From assembly GCA_963780185.1 (NCBI GenBank), contig CAWABA010000007.1, forward strand, positions 96,001-160,000: DNA of 64,000 nt, in the 5' to 3' direction. The notes below the pieces were generated by a model that was not told the DNA's origin, did not search any database, and was given only the letters and a program-made list of their open reading frames with translations. This document shows positions 29,726 to 39,514 of the stretch, piece by piece. This DNA is from Candidatus Bathyarchaeota archaeon (lineage in GTDB: Archaea; Thermoproteota; Bathyarchaeia; Bathyarchaeales; Bathycorpusculaceae). Numbering within the stretch: position 1 is the stretch's first letter; each line of letters begins with the position of its first letter. A program made the position numbers and the translations under genes.

Positions 29726-30436
29726 TTGACAAAGCGCCAAGCCGTTTGGGTAATGACTAAAAAGGTATTCAGTCTAACCCTGATTCTAAACGCACTCATA
29801 ACGATAACCACGTTAGCAGGCATCCTCTACGGCTTTTACTTTGTTTGGCCAGGTTGGAAACCATATTTCCCTGACCTAATCAGCGGCAACATTTTCCTGA
29901 TCGCGGTGATAGCTGCACTCATCAACATTTTCCCAAGCGCAAGCATCGGGCGCAAATTGCACACGGGACGATTCCTCTTCCACCACTACGTTTACGGCTT
30001 CTTTGTGCTATTCTTGTCAAGTTTTTATGTCGTGGCGTTTACAGCTTTCACATCAATTAGCGGCTTGGTCATGCTCTTTCTAACCAACAATGCAAGCATA
30101 GCTGTTAACACAGGAAGATTCTTCATGTTGACGGGATTCACGCTGGTTCTCGACGACTTACCCGACGTGTCAAAACGGGTTGAATCGGCATTAAACAGGG
30201 TGAAATCTCAAGCCTGCAGGGTACGTCCAGTCTTCCATTACCTGCAGTTTATCACGGGAGCCATCACATTCTACATCGTTATCGCCATAGCTGTCTTTGA
30301 AGTCTATCATCCGTCCACAAACATCGCCAACTATCTAACCATGGGCACACTGCTGGTGACGAGCATCACGTCGTTTGCCTGCGTGAAAAGAAAATCATGG
30401 CTTAAAATTACGCCGCCAGAAGCTTGCCAACACTAG
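29726..30436 (+). CDS. Hypothetical polytopic membrane protein
   Basis: About six TM helices; FHHYVYG and LVLDDLPD motifs. Confidence 0.7.
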   Translation: MTKRQAVWVMTKKVFSLTLILNALITITTLAGILYGFYFVWPGWKPYFPDLISGNIFLIAVIAALINIFPSASIGRKLHTGRFLFHHYVYGFFVLFLSSFYVVAFTAFTSISGLVMLFLTNNASIAVNTGRFFMLTGFTLVLDDLPDVSKRVESALNRVKSQACRVRPVFHYLQFITGAITFYIVIAIAVFEVYHPSTNIANYLTMGTLLVTSITSFACVKRKSWLKITPPEACQH

Positions 30437-31140
30437 TCTTTTTGCTTAACGATTTCTTTGCCTATCTCTTCAAGCTGCGTCTTTGTGAAGGCTACAGCAC
30501 TTCTTTGTGAAGCTATGTGGTTTGGAAGCTGCGGAAGCTTAATAATGGGAACGGTGGGGTTGTTCAAGTGTAGGGTGACATGGTTGTTTGTGAAGACCAC
30601 TATGCCTTCAACCCAGACCCCGCCAAGCTTCAGAGACGGGGAAGAATGAATTAGATGTTTTATTTTGGAGGCGTTCCGCTTCACCTGCAAGCTTGGGCTG
30701 CTTTTGAAGTGGGGTTTGCCTGCCCGTTGCCACTCGTCGCCGTAACAGGTGATTTCGCCGTTCCAGTTCTTCGTCTCCAACACGAAGATGCCTGTTGGAC
30801 CCAAAATGATGTGGTCGATGTCTCCGCCGCCCCCACGCAGATGCAAGTCATTTAAAAGGATATAATCGTCGCTCAATTTGCTGCTGAGTAGTTTGGTTAC
30901 TTGTTTTTCGCCTGCCCAGCCGCCGCTGTAAATTCGGTATTTACGCAGGTAATAGTAGAATGCAGGCAAAGGCGCAAGGGACACAAGCAGCCCAGCCGCA
31001 TCTAGAAGGCTTAGGCTAAAGGAGTAAACCACGTTTAAGCAGACGGCGGAAACGATTAGGAAGAACACGAATAGGCACAAGGCTGCTTTCGCCAAGTTTT
31101 TTCTAACCTGGTTTTTCAGGTAACTGCCTGACCCTTTCAT
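30433..31140 (-). CDS. NERD (nuclease-related) domain protein with N-terminal TM helices
   Basis: GWAGEKQV and DIDHIILGPTGIFVLETKNW motifs; start placed at ATG 31140. Confidence 0.88.
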   Translation of the reverse strand: MKGSGSYLKNQVRKNLAKAALCLFVFFLIVSAVCLNVVYSFSLSLLDAAGLLVSLAPLPAFYYYLRKYRIYSGGWAGEKQVTKLLSSKLSDDYILLNDLHLRGGGGDIDHIILGPTGIFVLETKNWNGEITCYGDEWQRAGKPHFKSSPSLQVKRNASKIKHLIHSSPSLKLGGVWVEGIVVFTNNHVTLHLNNPTVPIIKLPQLPNHIASQRSAVAFTKTQLEEIGKEIVKQKD

Positions 31141-31265
31141 CTTCCTCAACGAATCCACCGCTCCATGACCTTTTCGTCCTAATGCTATATTACCTTTGCA
31201 TTTCTCGCAGGTCAAATGGGTACAATCAGCAATCTTTATAATCGCTTGCATTCAATGAAGCAAGC

Positions 31266-32456
31266 ATGTCCGCTGAAAAAGGAAAAACTGCTCATGGAAA
31301 GCTTTTCCTTCCCGCTTTGGGACTTGCAGTCTTCTCTGCGTGGCTCGTCACAGTCACGTTTGAACTCAACCTAATCGACATCGCTCACAGTTTCCATGTC
31401 CAAGTAGGCATAGCAGGCTTCACCGCCGCAGTCGGCTCCATCTCAGGCATCGCCGCTGGGTTGCTACTGTCCGTCCTAAGCGTACGCGTAAACCATAAGC
31501 TGCTGCTCATGACAGGGTTAGGTTGCACTTGTCTGGCTGCAATCGGATTCTTCCTAGCGCCGACTTTTGATTTGCTGCTGGTTCCCAACATCGCCGTGGG
31601 CGCTGGAATCGCAATGGCCACCGCGATGGCTTACTCGTTAATCGGCGATTTCTACCCGCTTGAAAAGAGGGGAAGAGCAATCGGCGGGATAGTTGCAGCC
31701 ACCGCCCTAACATACATCATCGGAACCCCCATAATAGGGGTGATTGCAAGCCTCAGCGACTGGAAGGCAACTCTAATCTGGTTTTCGCTGCCCGTAAGCT
31801 TGGCAAGTCTGCTGTTAGCGTTCGTGGCGATTCCAAACAAGACAAACCAGACGTTACCCGCCACTAGAGAGCCGTTCTTCGAAGGGTGCAAGCAGGCAAT
31901 TCTAAATAGGTCGGCAGTTGCCGCGTTGTTCGTCACGATGTTCAGTATGGCTGAGGGGTCAATCGCCTTCTACGCCGTCTCGTTCTTCCGCACACAATTC
32001 GCCATATCAGTAGAGCTCGGCTCTATGGTTATTCTGGTTGGAAACGTTCTTTCGGCTACAGGTGGGGTTGTGGCTGGACTTTTCGTGAACAGGGTAGGCC
32101 GCAAAAACCTGGGAACCGTAACTTGCCTGCTTGCGGCGTTGCTCACGTTGACATTCTCTTTCATGCCCACATTCGAATTGTCCTGGGTGCTTAATGCTCT
32201 GCGCTTCTGTTTCGCGGGCATGTCGTTCACCGCAGGCGGAAGCTTAGTTATCGAGCAACTACCCAAGTTCCGTTCAACCATGATGTCCCTCAACACGACC
32301 TTCATGAATCTCGGAATGCTTCTGGCGTCCCTGGCAGGCGGAGTAGCCCTCGACCTATACGGCTACCAAAGCCTCGCGTTGATTCTCGGCGGCTTAGGCG
32401 TGCTTGGCTCCGTTATCTGGATAACCCTAGTCAAAGAACCAATCAAAAATCCATAA
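31266..32456 (+). CDS. MFS transporter
   Basis: About 12 TM helices; EKRGRAIG and NRVGRK loop motifs. Confidence 0.9.
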   Translation: MSAEKGKTAHGKLFLPALGLAVFSAWLVTVTFELNLIDIAHSFHVQVGIAGFTAAVGSISGIAAGLLLSVLSVRVNHKLLLMTGLGCTCLAAIGFFLAPTFDLLLVPNIAVGAGIAMATAMAYSLIGDFYPLEKRGRAIGGIVAATALTYIIGTPIIGVIASLSDWKATLIWFSLPVSLASLLLAFVAIPNKTNQTLPATREPFFEGCKQAILNRSAVAALFVTMFSMAEGSIAFYAVSFFRTQFAISVELGSMVILVGNVLSATGGVVAGLFVNRVGRKNLGTVTCLLAALLTLTFSFMPTFELSWVLNALRFCFAGMSFTAGGSLVIEQLPKFRSTMMSLNTTFMNLGMLLASLAGGVALDLYGYQSLALILGGLGVLGSVIWITLVKEPIKNP

Positions 32457-32619
32457 AATCGTCAGAAGGAAGAAAAAAGAATGCTTAAGCGCAATGTATA
32501 GAGTGCTTCTATGCTTGAAGCGATAAAGATTAAGCCAAATATGAGCAGGCGGACAGCCGCTTTACCCAGAAATCACCCTGGAAATGCAAAAAACGCATGA
32601 CAGCAAACCCAAAGACCTG

Positions 32620-34548
32620 CTATGGTAGAGGAGAAGATTTCGCCATCCGACGTGAAACGGTTCGCCTTTTGCGTTGGATAATTTGCGTTCGATTATTTCC
32701 GATATTTGTAAAGTTATGAATTTTGTGGTTCCAAGGTAATGAGATTTTCTTTCTACTACAAAATATTACAAGCGCTATAAAGCATGCAGAAAGCGCGGCG
32801 AATGCACCATAGGTATATTCAGGAAGGACAAGGAAACCGCCTCCTACGGTTACGGCATTATTAACGAGAACATCTATGCCTACGTCATATCTGCCGTTGC
32901 CGTTTATGTCAATTAGAATATCATATTGCCCGGGTGATGCATTAGGATAGACGCTTGTGATGGCAATATTGCCTGAAATATCGGTCGTCACGCTGGTTGC
33001 TGTACTTGGCACAGTTGGAGTAACGGCTTCACAGTCAGTCCAATCTGTTTGATGCTGAACAATATCCATCGCATAGCTTTCGGACTTTTCAAAGTCAACA
33101 CCTTTTAGGTATACAGTTTCGCCTGAATTGAATATGTTTTTTTGCGTACCAGTTATATCGCATGTGGTAAGCTTAGAAGCAAGACCCCTTTCAGCGTCAA
33201 CTTGAATTTGCTCAGATGTTCTAGCGCAGTTATAGATTTTAACTTCGTCAATTATTCCAGCGAAGTATGTCCATGACCAATCTCCGTGACGACCTATTTG
33301 AACTGGAAGGCTATTGCTAAGGGTCGTTTGAGGAGTGCAACTGCCAGTAAGAACCTGTTGACCATTCACATACATAGCGTAACTATTGCCTGACCAAGTT
33401 GCAGCCAGATGGTACCATTTGCCTACTTGCGTGATTAGTTGAGAAGATTGTCCGCCAAGAATTGCTACTCCGTTGTCAGTCTCAAAAAACAATCGACCAC
33501 TATCAACAGTTCCAAGGAAATACTCCGCGTTTGTTGGAGGAGCCCAACCATCACATTTGCTGATTATACCGTTTGGTCGGGATGGGATACTATCTTCTTG
33601 AACCCAAGCTTCTAATGTTATCTGTGAAAACCCAGTCAAAGTCGGATTGTTCGGTACTTCAACCCAGCTATCAACACCGTTAAAATGTAGTGCCCCATCA
33701 ATTTTTCCTGTAGTCCACGTTGCATCGTAAATTATGCCGTTGTTTCCGTTTCCCGAGGAATCATAAGCCACATTGCCTGAGTCTTCATCAAACTTCCAAT
33801 AACCCACTAGTCCTGCATTGGGATTGGCGTAATCATTTTGAATATCCGTTGGGCTTCTTGCATAATTGTAGATTTTAACTTCATCTATTGCTCCATTAAA
33901 GTTATTATCATACCCCAATGAATGAGCGCCGATTGTAAGAGGGAAACTGGTTGGGTAATTTAAATTGCCTGAGAGGGCCTTGGTATTTTGCAGAGAGCCG
34001 TCAACATAGATTTTGAGGTTACTTCCATCATATGTGCCTGTAAGTTGATGCCATACACCTGCCTGCCAGTGACTAGTAGTTGTGGTGACTCCCTGCCAGT
34101 TTAGTCCTTGGAGAATAACTGCGAACCATATTCTGCCGTCATTGGGGTTGACCTGAAAAGTGTACTCATCTCCTTTATCAATAATGCTCGTAATTCGATT
34201 TAGGCTGCCGTCCAAAGTAACTGTCGGTTTAATCCAGCACTCTAAAGATATTGCATTCCCCTGAACAGCAACGCTTGGAGAAGTTGGAATAGAAACGTAG
34301 TCTTGAGAGCCATCAAAACTTAAGGCATTCGCAATAATTCCCTTAACCCAATGAGGCGCATAGCCAATAGTCCCAGTGTTCCCATTTCCACTGCTGTCAC
34401 TCACGGTAGTTCCTAAGCCTTCATCAAATTTCCAATAACCAAATAGCCCTGAAGATGGGACTGTATCTGCTATAACTTTAGAAGTTGGTATTATTAGCAT
34501 TGATGCACAAAGTACTACGAGAATAAACGTTGCTAGTGGCTTCTTCAC
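32620..34548 (-). CDS. Secreted protein with two LamG/concanavalin-like domains and a C-terminal VLPEY-TM anchor
   Basis: Two GYWKFDE...DSSGNGN...GxIDEVKIYN.AR repeats; start uncertain (GTG 34548 chosen). Confidence 0.85.
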   Translation of the reverse strand: MKKPLATFILVVLCASMLIIPTSKVIADTVPSSGLFGYWKFDEGLGTTVSDSSGNGNTGTIGYAPHWVKGIIANALSFDGSQDYVSIPTSPSVAVQGNAISLECWIKPTVTLDGSLNRITSIIDKGDEYTFQVNPNDGRIWFAVILQGLNWQGVTTTTSHWQAGVWHQLTGTYDGSNLKIYVDGSLQNTKALSGNLNYPTSFPLTIGAHSLGYDNNFNGAIDEVKIYNYARSPTDIQNDYANPNAGLVGYWKFDEDSGNVAYDSSGNGNNGIIYDATWTTGKIDGALHFNGVDSWVEVPNNPTLTGFSQITLEAWVQEDSIPSRPNGIISKCDGWAPPTNAEYFLGTVDSGRLFFETDNGVAILGGQSSQLITQVGKWYHLAATWSGNSYAMYVNGQQVLTGSCTPQTTLSNSLPVQIGRHGDWSWTYFAGIIDEVKIYNCARTSEQIQVDAERGLASKLTTCDITGTQKNIFNSGETVYLKGVDFEKSESYAMDIVQHQTDWTDCEAVTPTVPSTATSVTTDISGNIAITSVYPNASPGQYDILIDINGNGRYDVGIDVLVNNAVTVGGGFLVLPEYTYGAFAALSACFIALVIFCSRKKISLPWNHKIHNFTNIGNNRTQIIQRKRRTVSRRMAKSSPLP

Positions 34549-34734
34549 TGCTCTTTCCCCTGTTCTTTTCCCGCAGAAAACTATACCAAATGTTGTATTT
34601 TGTACTTTTTTAACATAGAAATGATAAGAAAAGCTTCGCTTCAACTCAAATTTTTGATATTAAACGCTATGGTGTGCCGCAAATAAGCGCAAATAAGTTA
34701 AAAAACAAAAGAAATTGAGAGTCTTTACACTTTT

Positions 34735-36144
34735 TTATTTCTTATTTGTTAGGTATTCGTGCATTGCTTTTGCTGCGCGTTTGCCTGCGCCCATTGCGCT
34801 GATGACTGTTGCTGCGCCTGTGGCTACGTCTCCGCCTGCGTAAACGCCGTCTAAACTGGTTTTGCCTACTTCGTTAACGCATATTGTTCCGTGTCTGGGG
34901 TCGCTTTGTAATCCGTCGGTGGTTCGCTGTATGATGGGGTTGGGTGTTTGACCGATGGCGATGATAACTGTGTCAACGTCCATTGTAAACTCTGACCCTG
35001 GAACTTCTCGGACTCCGCGTCTGCCTTTTGCGTCGGGTTCGGTGAGCTCCATCGCTATGCATTTCATGCTTTTGACCCAGCCGCTTTCGTCGCCGTAGAA
35101 TTCGACTGGTGCACCGAGAAACTTGCAGACCAAGCCTTCTTCTTCGGCATTCTCGACTTCTTCATGTCTTGCAGGCAACTCAGCACGCGAACGCCTATAG
35201 AGTAAGCAAACTTCAGCGCCAAGGCGCATGCTGCTTCTTGCGCAATCCATAGCGACGTTTCCGCCGCCGATTACGACCACATGTTTACCGATGCGTATTG
35301 GTGTATCATAGTCCGGGAATTGGAATGCTTTCATGAGGTTGACGCGAATTAGGAACTCGTTAGCTGAGTAGATTCCGCCCAGATTCTCTCCTCCGCAGCC
35401 TGTGAATTGTGGTAACCCTGCACCGCTGCCGATGAATACTGCGTCGTAACCGTTTTTCATGAGTTCTGGGATCGTGTGGATTCTACCAACGAGGTTGCCG
35501 AGCCGCAAGTCAACGCCGAGTTTCTGGATGTAGGCTACTTCATTTTGCACTATTGCTTTGGGTAAACGGAACTCTGGAATGCCGTAAGATAACACTCCGC
35601 CACCGACATGCAACGCTTCAAACATTGTGATTTCGTGACCGAGCTTTACAAGGTCAGCTGCCGCGGTTAAACCGGCTGGACCGGCACCGACTATTGCTAC
35701 TTTCTTGCCTGTTGGTACTGCTTTGGGTGGAAGTGCATAGCCGTTATCTCGTTCCCAATCTGCTAGAAACCGTTCTAAACGTCCGATGCTAAGCGGATCG
35801 CCCATTTTGCCTATGACACATTTACTTTGGCATTGTACTTCTTGGGGGCAAACACGTCCGCAGACAGCTGGCAAAGCGTTCTTGGTCTTTATCAATGCGA
35901 TTGCTTGATCGTATTTCTTTTCTCTGAGCAGTTTTATGAAGCCGGGAATTGGGACTTCTACTGGGCAACCAGTCATGCATTGAGGCTTAGGACACTGCAG
36001 ACATCGGCTTGCTTCTTCTTGCGCTTCCGCTTCATTGTAACCTAAAGCAACTTCACTGAAGTTTTTAGCCCTAACTTTAGGCTCTTGCTTAGCCATCTCA
36101 ACTGCTTTCTTGTTTAATTTCGGTTTAGGCTTAACTTCTGCCAC
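34735..36144 (-). CDS. nfnB: NfnB/SudA (GltD-like) large subunit of electron-bifurcating transhydrogenase
   Basis: RCLQCPKPQC..GCPV, CGRVCPQE..C, GAGPAGL, GGGNVAMD and GGDVATGAATV motifs. Confidence 0.88.
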   Translation of the reverse strand: MAEVKPKPKLNKKAVEMAKQEPKVRAKNFSEVALGYNEAEAQEEASRCLQCPKPQCMTGCPVEVPIPGFIKLLREKKYDQAIALIKTKNALPAVCGRVCPQEVQCQSKCVIGKMGDPLSIGRLERFLADWERDNGYALPPKAVPTGKKVAIVGAGPAGLTAAADLVKLGHEITMFEALHVGGGVLSYGIPEFRLPKAIVQNEVAYIQKLGVDLRLGNLVGRIHTIPELMKNGYDAVFIGSGAGLPQFTGCGGENLGGIYSANEFLIRVNLMKAFQFPDYDTPIRIGKHVVVIGGGNVAMDCARSSMRLGAEVCLLYRRSRAELPARHEEVENAEEEGLVCKFLGAPVEFYGDESGWVKSMKCIAMELTEPDAKGRRGVREVPGSEFTMDVDTVIIAIGQTPNPIIQRTTDGLQSDPRHGTICVNEVGKTSLDGVYAGGDVATGAATVISAMGAGKRAAKAMHEYLTNKK

Positions 36145-36970
36145 ACTTACAACCTCCACGCATTTCCCACAGTACTGAACTTAACCTTTCTTCAGGCAAC
36201 ATCGTGCGCTGCCTCAGAATCAACTCGTCAAAATCGGTTTGGTGACCGTCAAATTCTGGTCCATCAACGCAGCCGAACAGCATTTTGCCGCCGACTGTAA
36301 CTCGGCATACACCGCACATCCCCATACCGTCAATCATTATAGGCGTTAAAGTCACGATTGTCGGTATGCCGTAGGGTTTGGTGATTTCGCTAACATCCTT
36401 CATAAGAATGACTGGACCCATAACTACGCAGCGGTCAAACTTTTCTTTCTTAAGCAACTCTTTGAGGAAGTCTAACCCTTGGTAACCGGCTGATCCGTCG
36501 TCCGTTGCAATGTATACTTTGTCACTGTAACGTTTCGCTTCATTCTGCATCATTATGAACTCTTTTGTTCGCGCACCAAGAATCGTTGTTACGTTGTTGC
36601 CTGCTTCCTTCATGGCTTTAGCTTGCAGCAGCAAGGGTGCAATCATTACGCTTCCGCCGACGCAGAGAACTTTGCCGAATTTTTTGACTTCAGATGGGTT
36701 GCCAAGTGGGCCTGTGACGTTGTCGATGCATTCGCCCTGGTTTAGCAAGCCCAGTGCTTTGGTGGTTTTGCCGACTTCATGGAAAGCAAACGAAACCGTT
36801 CCTTTCGTCGTGTCGTATCCAGCGATTGTCAGAGGTATCCGTTCGCCTTCTTTACCGTTTATAACTATTAGGAATTGCCCAGCTTGCGATTTAGCTGCAA
36901 CATCTGGAGCTTCAACTTCGAACAGTTTTATTTTCGGGGCAAGTTCTTTTTTAGTAACTATTTTGTACGT
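36131..36970 (-). CDS. nfnA: NfnA/SudB small subunit; apparent ACG start
   Basis: The frame is open upstream of the track ORF to ACG-TAC-AAA-ATA ((M)YKIVTKKELAP..AGQF..GERIPLTIA). Contains DGMGMCGVCRV..CVDGPEFDGH. Length 279 aa. Confidence 0.85.
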   Translation of the reverse strand, partial: TYKIVTKKELAPKIKLFEVEAPDVAAKSQAGQFLIVINGKEGERIPLTIAGYDTTKGTVSFAFHEVGKTTKALGLLNQGECIDNVTGPLGNPSEVKKFGKVLCVGGSVMIAPLLLQAKAMKEAGNNVTTILGARTKEFIMMQNEAKRYSDKVYIATDDGSAGYQGLDFLKELLKKEKFDRCVVMGPVILMKDVSEITKPYGIPTIVTLTPIMIDGMGMCGVCRVTVGGKMLFGCVDGPEFDGHQTDFDELILRQRTMLPEERLSSVLWEMRGGCKCGRS

Positions 36971-38181
36971 TTTGCTTTCGCCTCCACGGTTATTTCACGT
37001 TTTGGTAACGCAGAGATTTTTTTGTAGAAATCATCCAGTTTCTGATTGAATTCGTCAGCGCATCTGGGTGACTCCTCGTATATTGTGAATCGTTCAAGCA
37101 GATTGTTCTTTTTCAGCACGGTGAATAACGCGGCTAAGTTGCGCTCTGCGGTTGCTCTGCCTTCTTGAAGCTTACAGTCTTGTGCTGAGCAAACTACTGC
37201 CATGACGCCGTCGAACCCACAGTTTAACGCGTTAACGACGTGAACGGGGTCTAAAGATTTGAAGCATGGAACTTCAAGAGCTAACACATTTTTGCCTGCA
37301 AAGACGCTGTTGGGGTTGTCTAAAGCTGAAAAGTTTGACCATTGACAGACGAATGCGAGGACTGCTGGACTCTGGTTTTTGGCTTTTAACTTTGCAAGTG
37401 AATCAGCGTAGCGGTTAACAACCTTTTCAAATTCGAATCCTTTTACTTGAATAGCGTGGTGTGGACAAACCAGTTGGCATGCGCCGCAGCCTACACATTT
37501 CTCAACGTTTACTTTCGGGGTGGCGAAGGATTCAAATTCAATTGCTTTGTAGGGGCAGATGAAGATGCATTTATCGCATCCGACGCATTCCTGCACATCG
37601 TAGACTGCTTTACGAGAGAACTTCACGACCTTAACTGCGTTCTCGTCGAAGCCCAGTTGTTTTAGAACGTCTCTGGCTAAAACAAGCCGGCGAGTGTTGA
37701 TTTTTGCACCTTCTTTATTTCTGCAGAACTGGTCTTCACATTGAACCGAAACAATATTTTTTACGCCTAAGCTTAATGCTTCAAAAACAAAATCGGTTGG
37801 AACTCTACCTGCGCAGGGTAAACGCAGTGCAATGTAATTGCCGACTTTCAATCCTTGCTCCTTAAAGATATCATGTACTTCGCCCGTTGAAGGTGAGTTT
37901 CCGCGGCACATCAAGACAAGGGTGTCAACGTTTTTGGTTTTTTCAAGCGCCTGTTTAACGAAGTTTGACAGGTTATCGTAAGTGTAATATTGCGATTTGA
38001 TAGCTGAACTTGGACAAGCACTGTAGCATATACCGCAGACTTGGCATTCTTGGCTGTTGACTTCCACTTTCCCAGCTGAGTCGCGTTTTATTGCATCATA
38101 GGGGCAAATTGACTGGCAAACGTAACATCTGCTGCACAAGTCTTGGTCGATTTCTACTACAGCGAGACATTTTTCACTCAT
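36958..38181 (-). CDS. Polyferredoxin/MvhD-like fusion: (2x[4Fe-4S] + MvhD-like) repeated twice
   Basis: Four CxxCxxCxxxCP motifs. LPCAGRV..C....C..KEG and VPCFKSLDP..GFDGV..C....C..QEG resemble MvhD [2Fe-2S] domains. Confidence 0.82.
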   Translation of the reverse strand: MSEKCLAVVEIDQDLCSRCYVCQSICPYDAIKRDSAGKVEVNSQECQVCGICYSACPSSAIKSQYYTYDNLSNFVKQALEKTKNVDTLVLMCRGNSPSTGEVHDIFKEQGLKVGNYIALRLPCAGRVPTDFVFEALSLGVKNIVSVQCEDQFCRNKEGAKINTRRLVLARDVLKQLGFDENAVKVVKFSRKAVYDVQECVGCDKCIFICPYKAIEFESFATPKVNVEKCVGCGACQLVCPHHAIQVKGFEFEKVVNRYADSLAKLKAKNQSPAVLAFVCQWSNFSALDNPNSVFAGKNVLALEVPCFKSLDPVHVVNALNCGFDGVMAVVCSAQDCKLQEGRATAERNLAALFTVLKKNNLLERFTIYEESPRCADEFNQKLDDFYKKISALPKREITVEAKAKRTK

Positions 38182-38453
38182 TCTGAAGCCTCTTTTCATA
38201 CACCGCTGCTACTTTAAACTGATCGTTTAAAGCTGATTAAACGCATGCAAAGGGTTTTAGAATGATATAATCCTTTCCCCGAATTTTCCGCAATATTCAA
38301 TATATTTTTCCCGCCATCATTTCCCTCTTCAGAGCCTTCTTTCTGGGAAGTTGAGACTGATTACACCTTTCCATACAGTTAACTGAGCAAACCGTTGCGT
38401 CGTTAGGCGTTTAATCTAAGTCGGTGCGTTTTGAGGGAGAACCCTGTTTTCAC

Positions 38454-39387
38454 CTATTTTCTGTAGTACGGTCTTCGAATGTAGCTGTAGGCTTCGAGGG
38501 CTGCAGTGATGCCTTGACCGACCGCTGTGCCTACCTGCTTAATCGGCTGGTCCGTAACGTCTCCGGCGGCAAACACACCTAAAAGATTTGTTTGCTGTTT
38601 CACGTCGACTTTGATGTACCCATGATCATCGGTCTCTACCCCGGCTGCTTTAGCGAGCTGGCTATTTGGTGCTTCGCCGATTTGTACAAAAACCGCGTCC
38701 ACCGCCAACTCACTTGTTTTGCCTGTCATGTTGTCTGAGTAGGGATACAGTTCTGACTTGTTTGTCGCCTTTGATTTCTTGAACTTCAGTGTTCCACATA
38801 ACCGTAACGTTGTTCTTGGAAGATATGTCCGTGACTAAGCTTTCCTCCGCCCGGAAGGCTTGCTGTCTATGAATCACGACGACTTGGGCCGCTAACCCTG
38901 AAAGATAAAGAGTCGTTATGCAAGCAGTGTTTCCGCCCCCGACGACTAGCACTCGCTTGCCCTTAAAGAAAGGTCCATCGCATATGCCGCAGTAGCTGAC
39001 GCCTCTGCCTTTGAATTCGTTTTCGCCTTTAACACCGATCTCCCGGTAGTGTGATCCTGTTGAGTAGATGATTGCTTTGGCTTTGTATGTTGCTGCCGAG
39101 GTTTTAACTGTCTTCTCTTCGCCCTGCAACTCCAATTCACTTACGGGTTCCAGCTCGTGGATGGTGGCGCCGACCTTTCTGCAGTGAGAAGCCATTTTTT
39201 CAGCAAGCTCTCCTCCGCTGATTTCAGCAAACCCAGGGTAATTAACAACCGTGGATGCATCGGCGATTGTTCCTCCCGGAAGTTTCTCATCTAAAATTAG
39301 GGTTTTGAGTCCGCTTCTTACAGTGTAGATTCCGGCGGATAACCCCGCGGAGCCAGCGCCGATTATTATTACATCCCAGTTCGCCAT
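38454..39387 (-). CDS. trxB: Thioredoxin reductase, +1 frameshift near 38736
   Basis: GAGSAG, GVSYCGICDG, GGGNTA and VFAAGD motifs; the two ORFs join as LLDNMTGK if one base is removed. Confidence 0.88.
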
Positions 39388-39514
39388 AAACACGCATCTC
39401 TTTAAGGAATAAGGGTTTAGGGCGGTTTATGAATTGTTCGATTCTTTTTTGCCGTTGCCAATAAGCTGATAAAGGTGAGTAGATTTATTTGTTTTAGATA
39501 ATGTGTTTTGAGGT

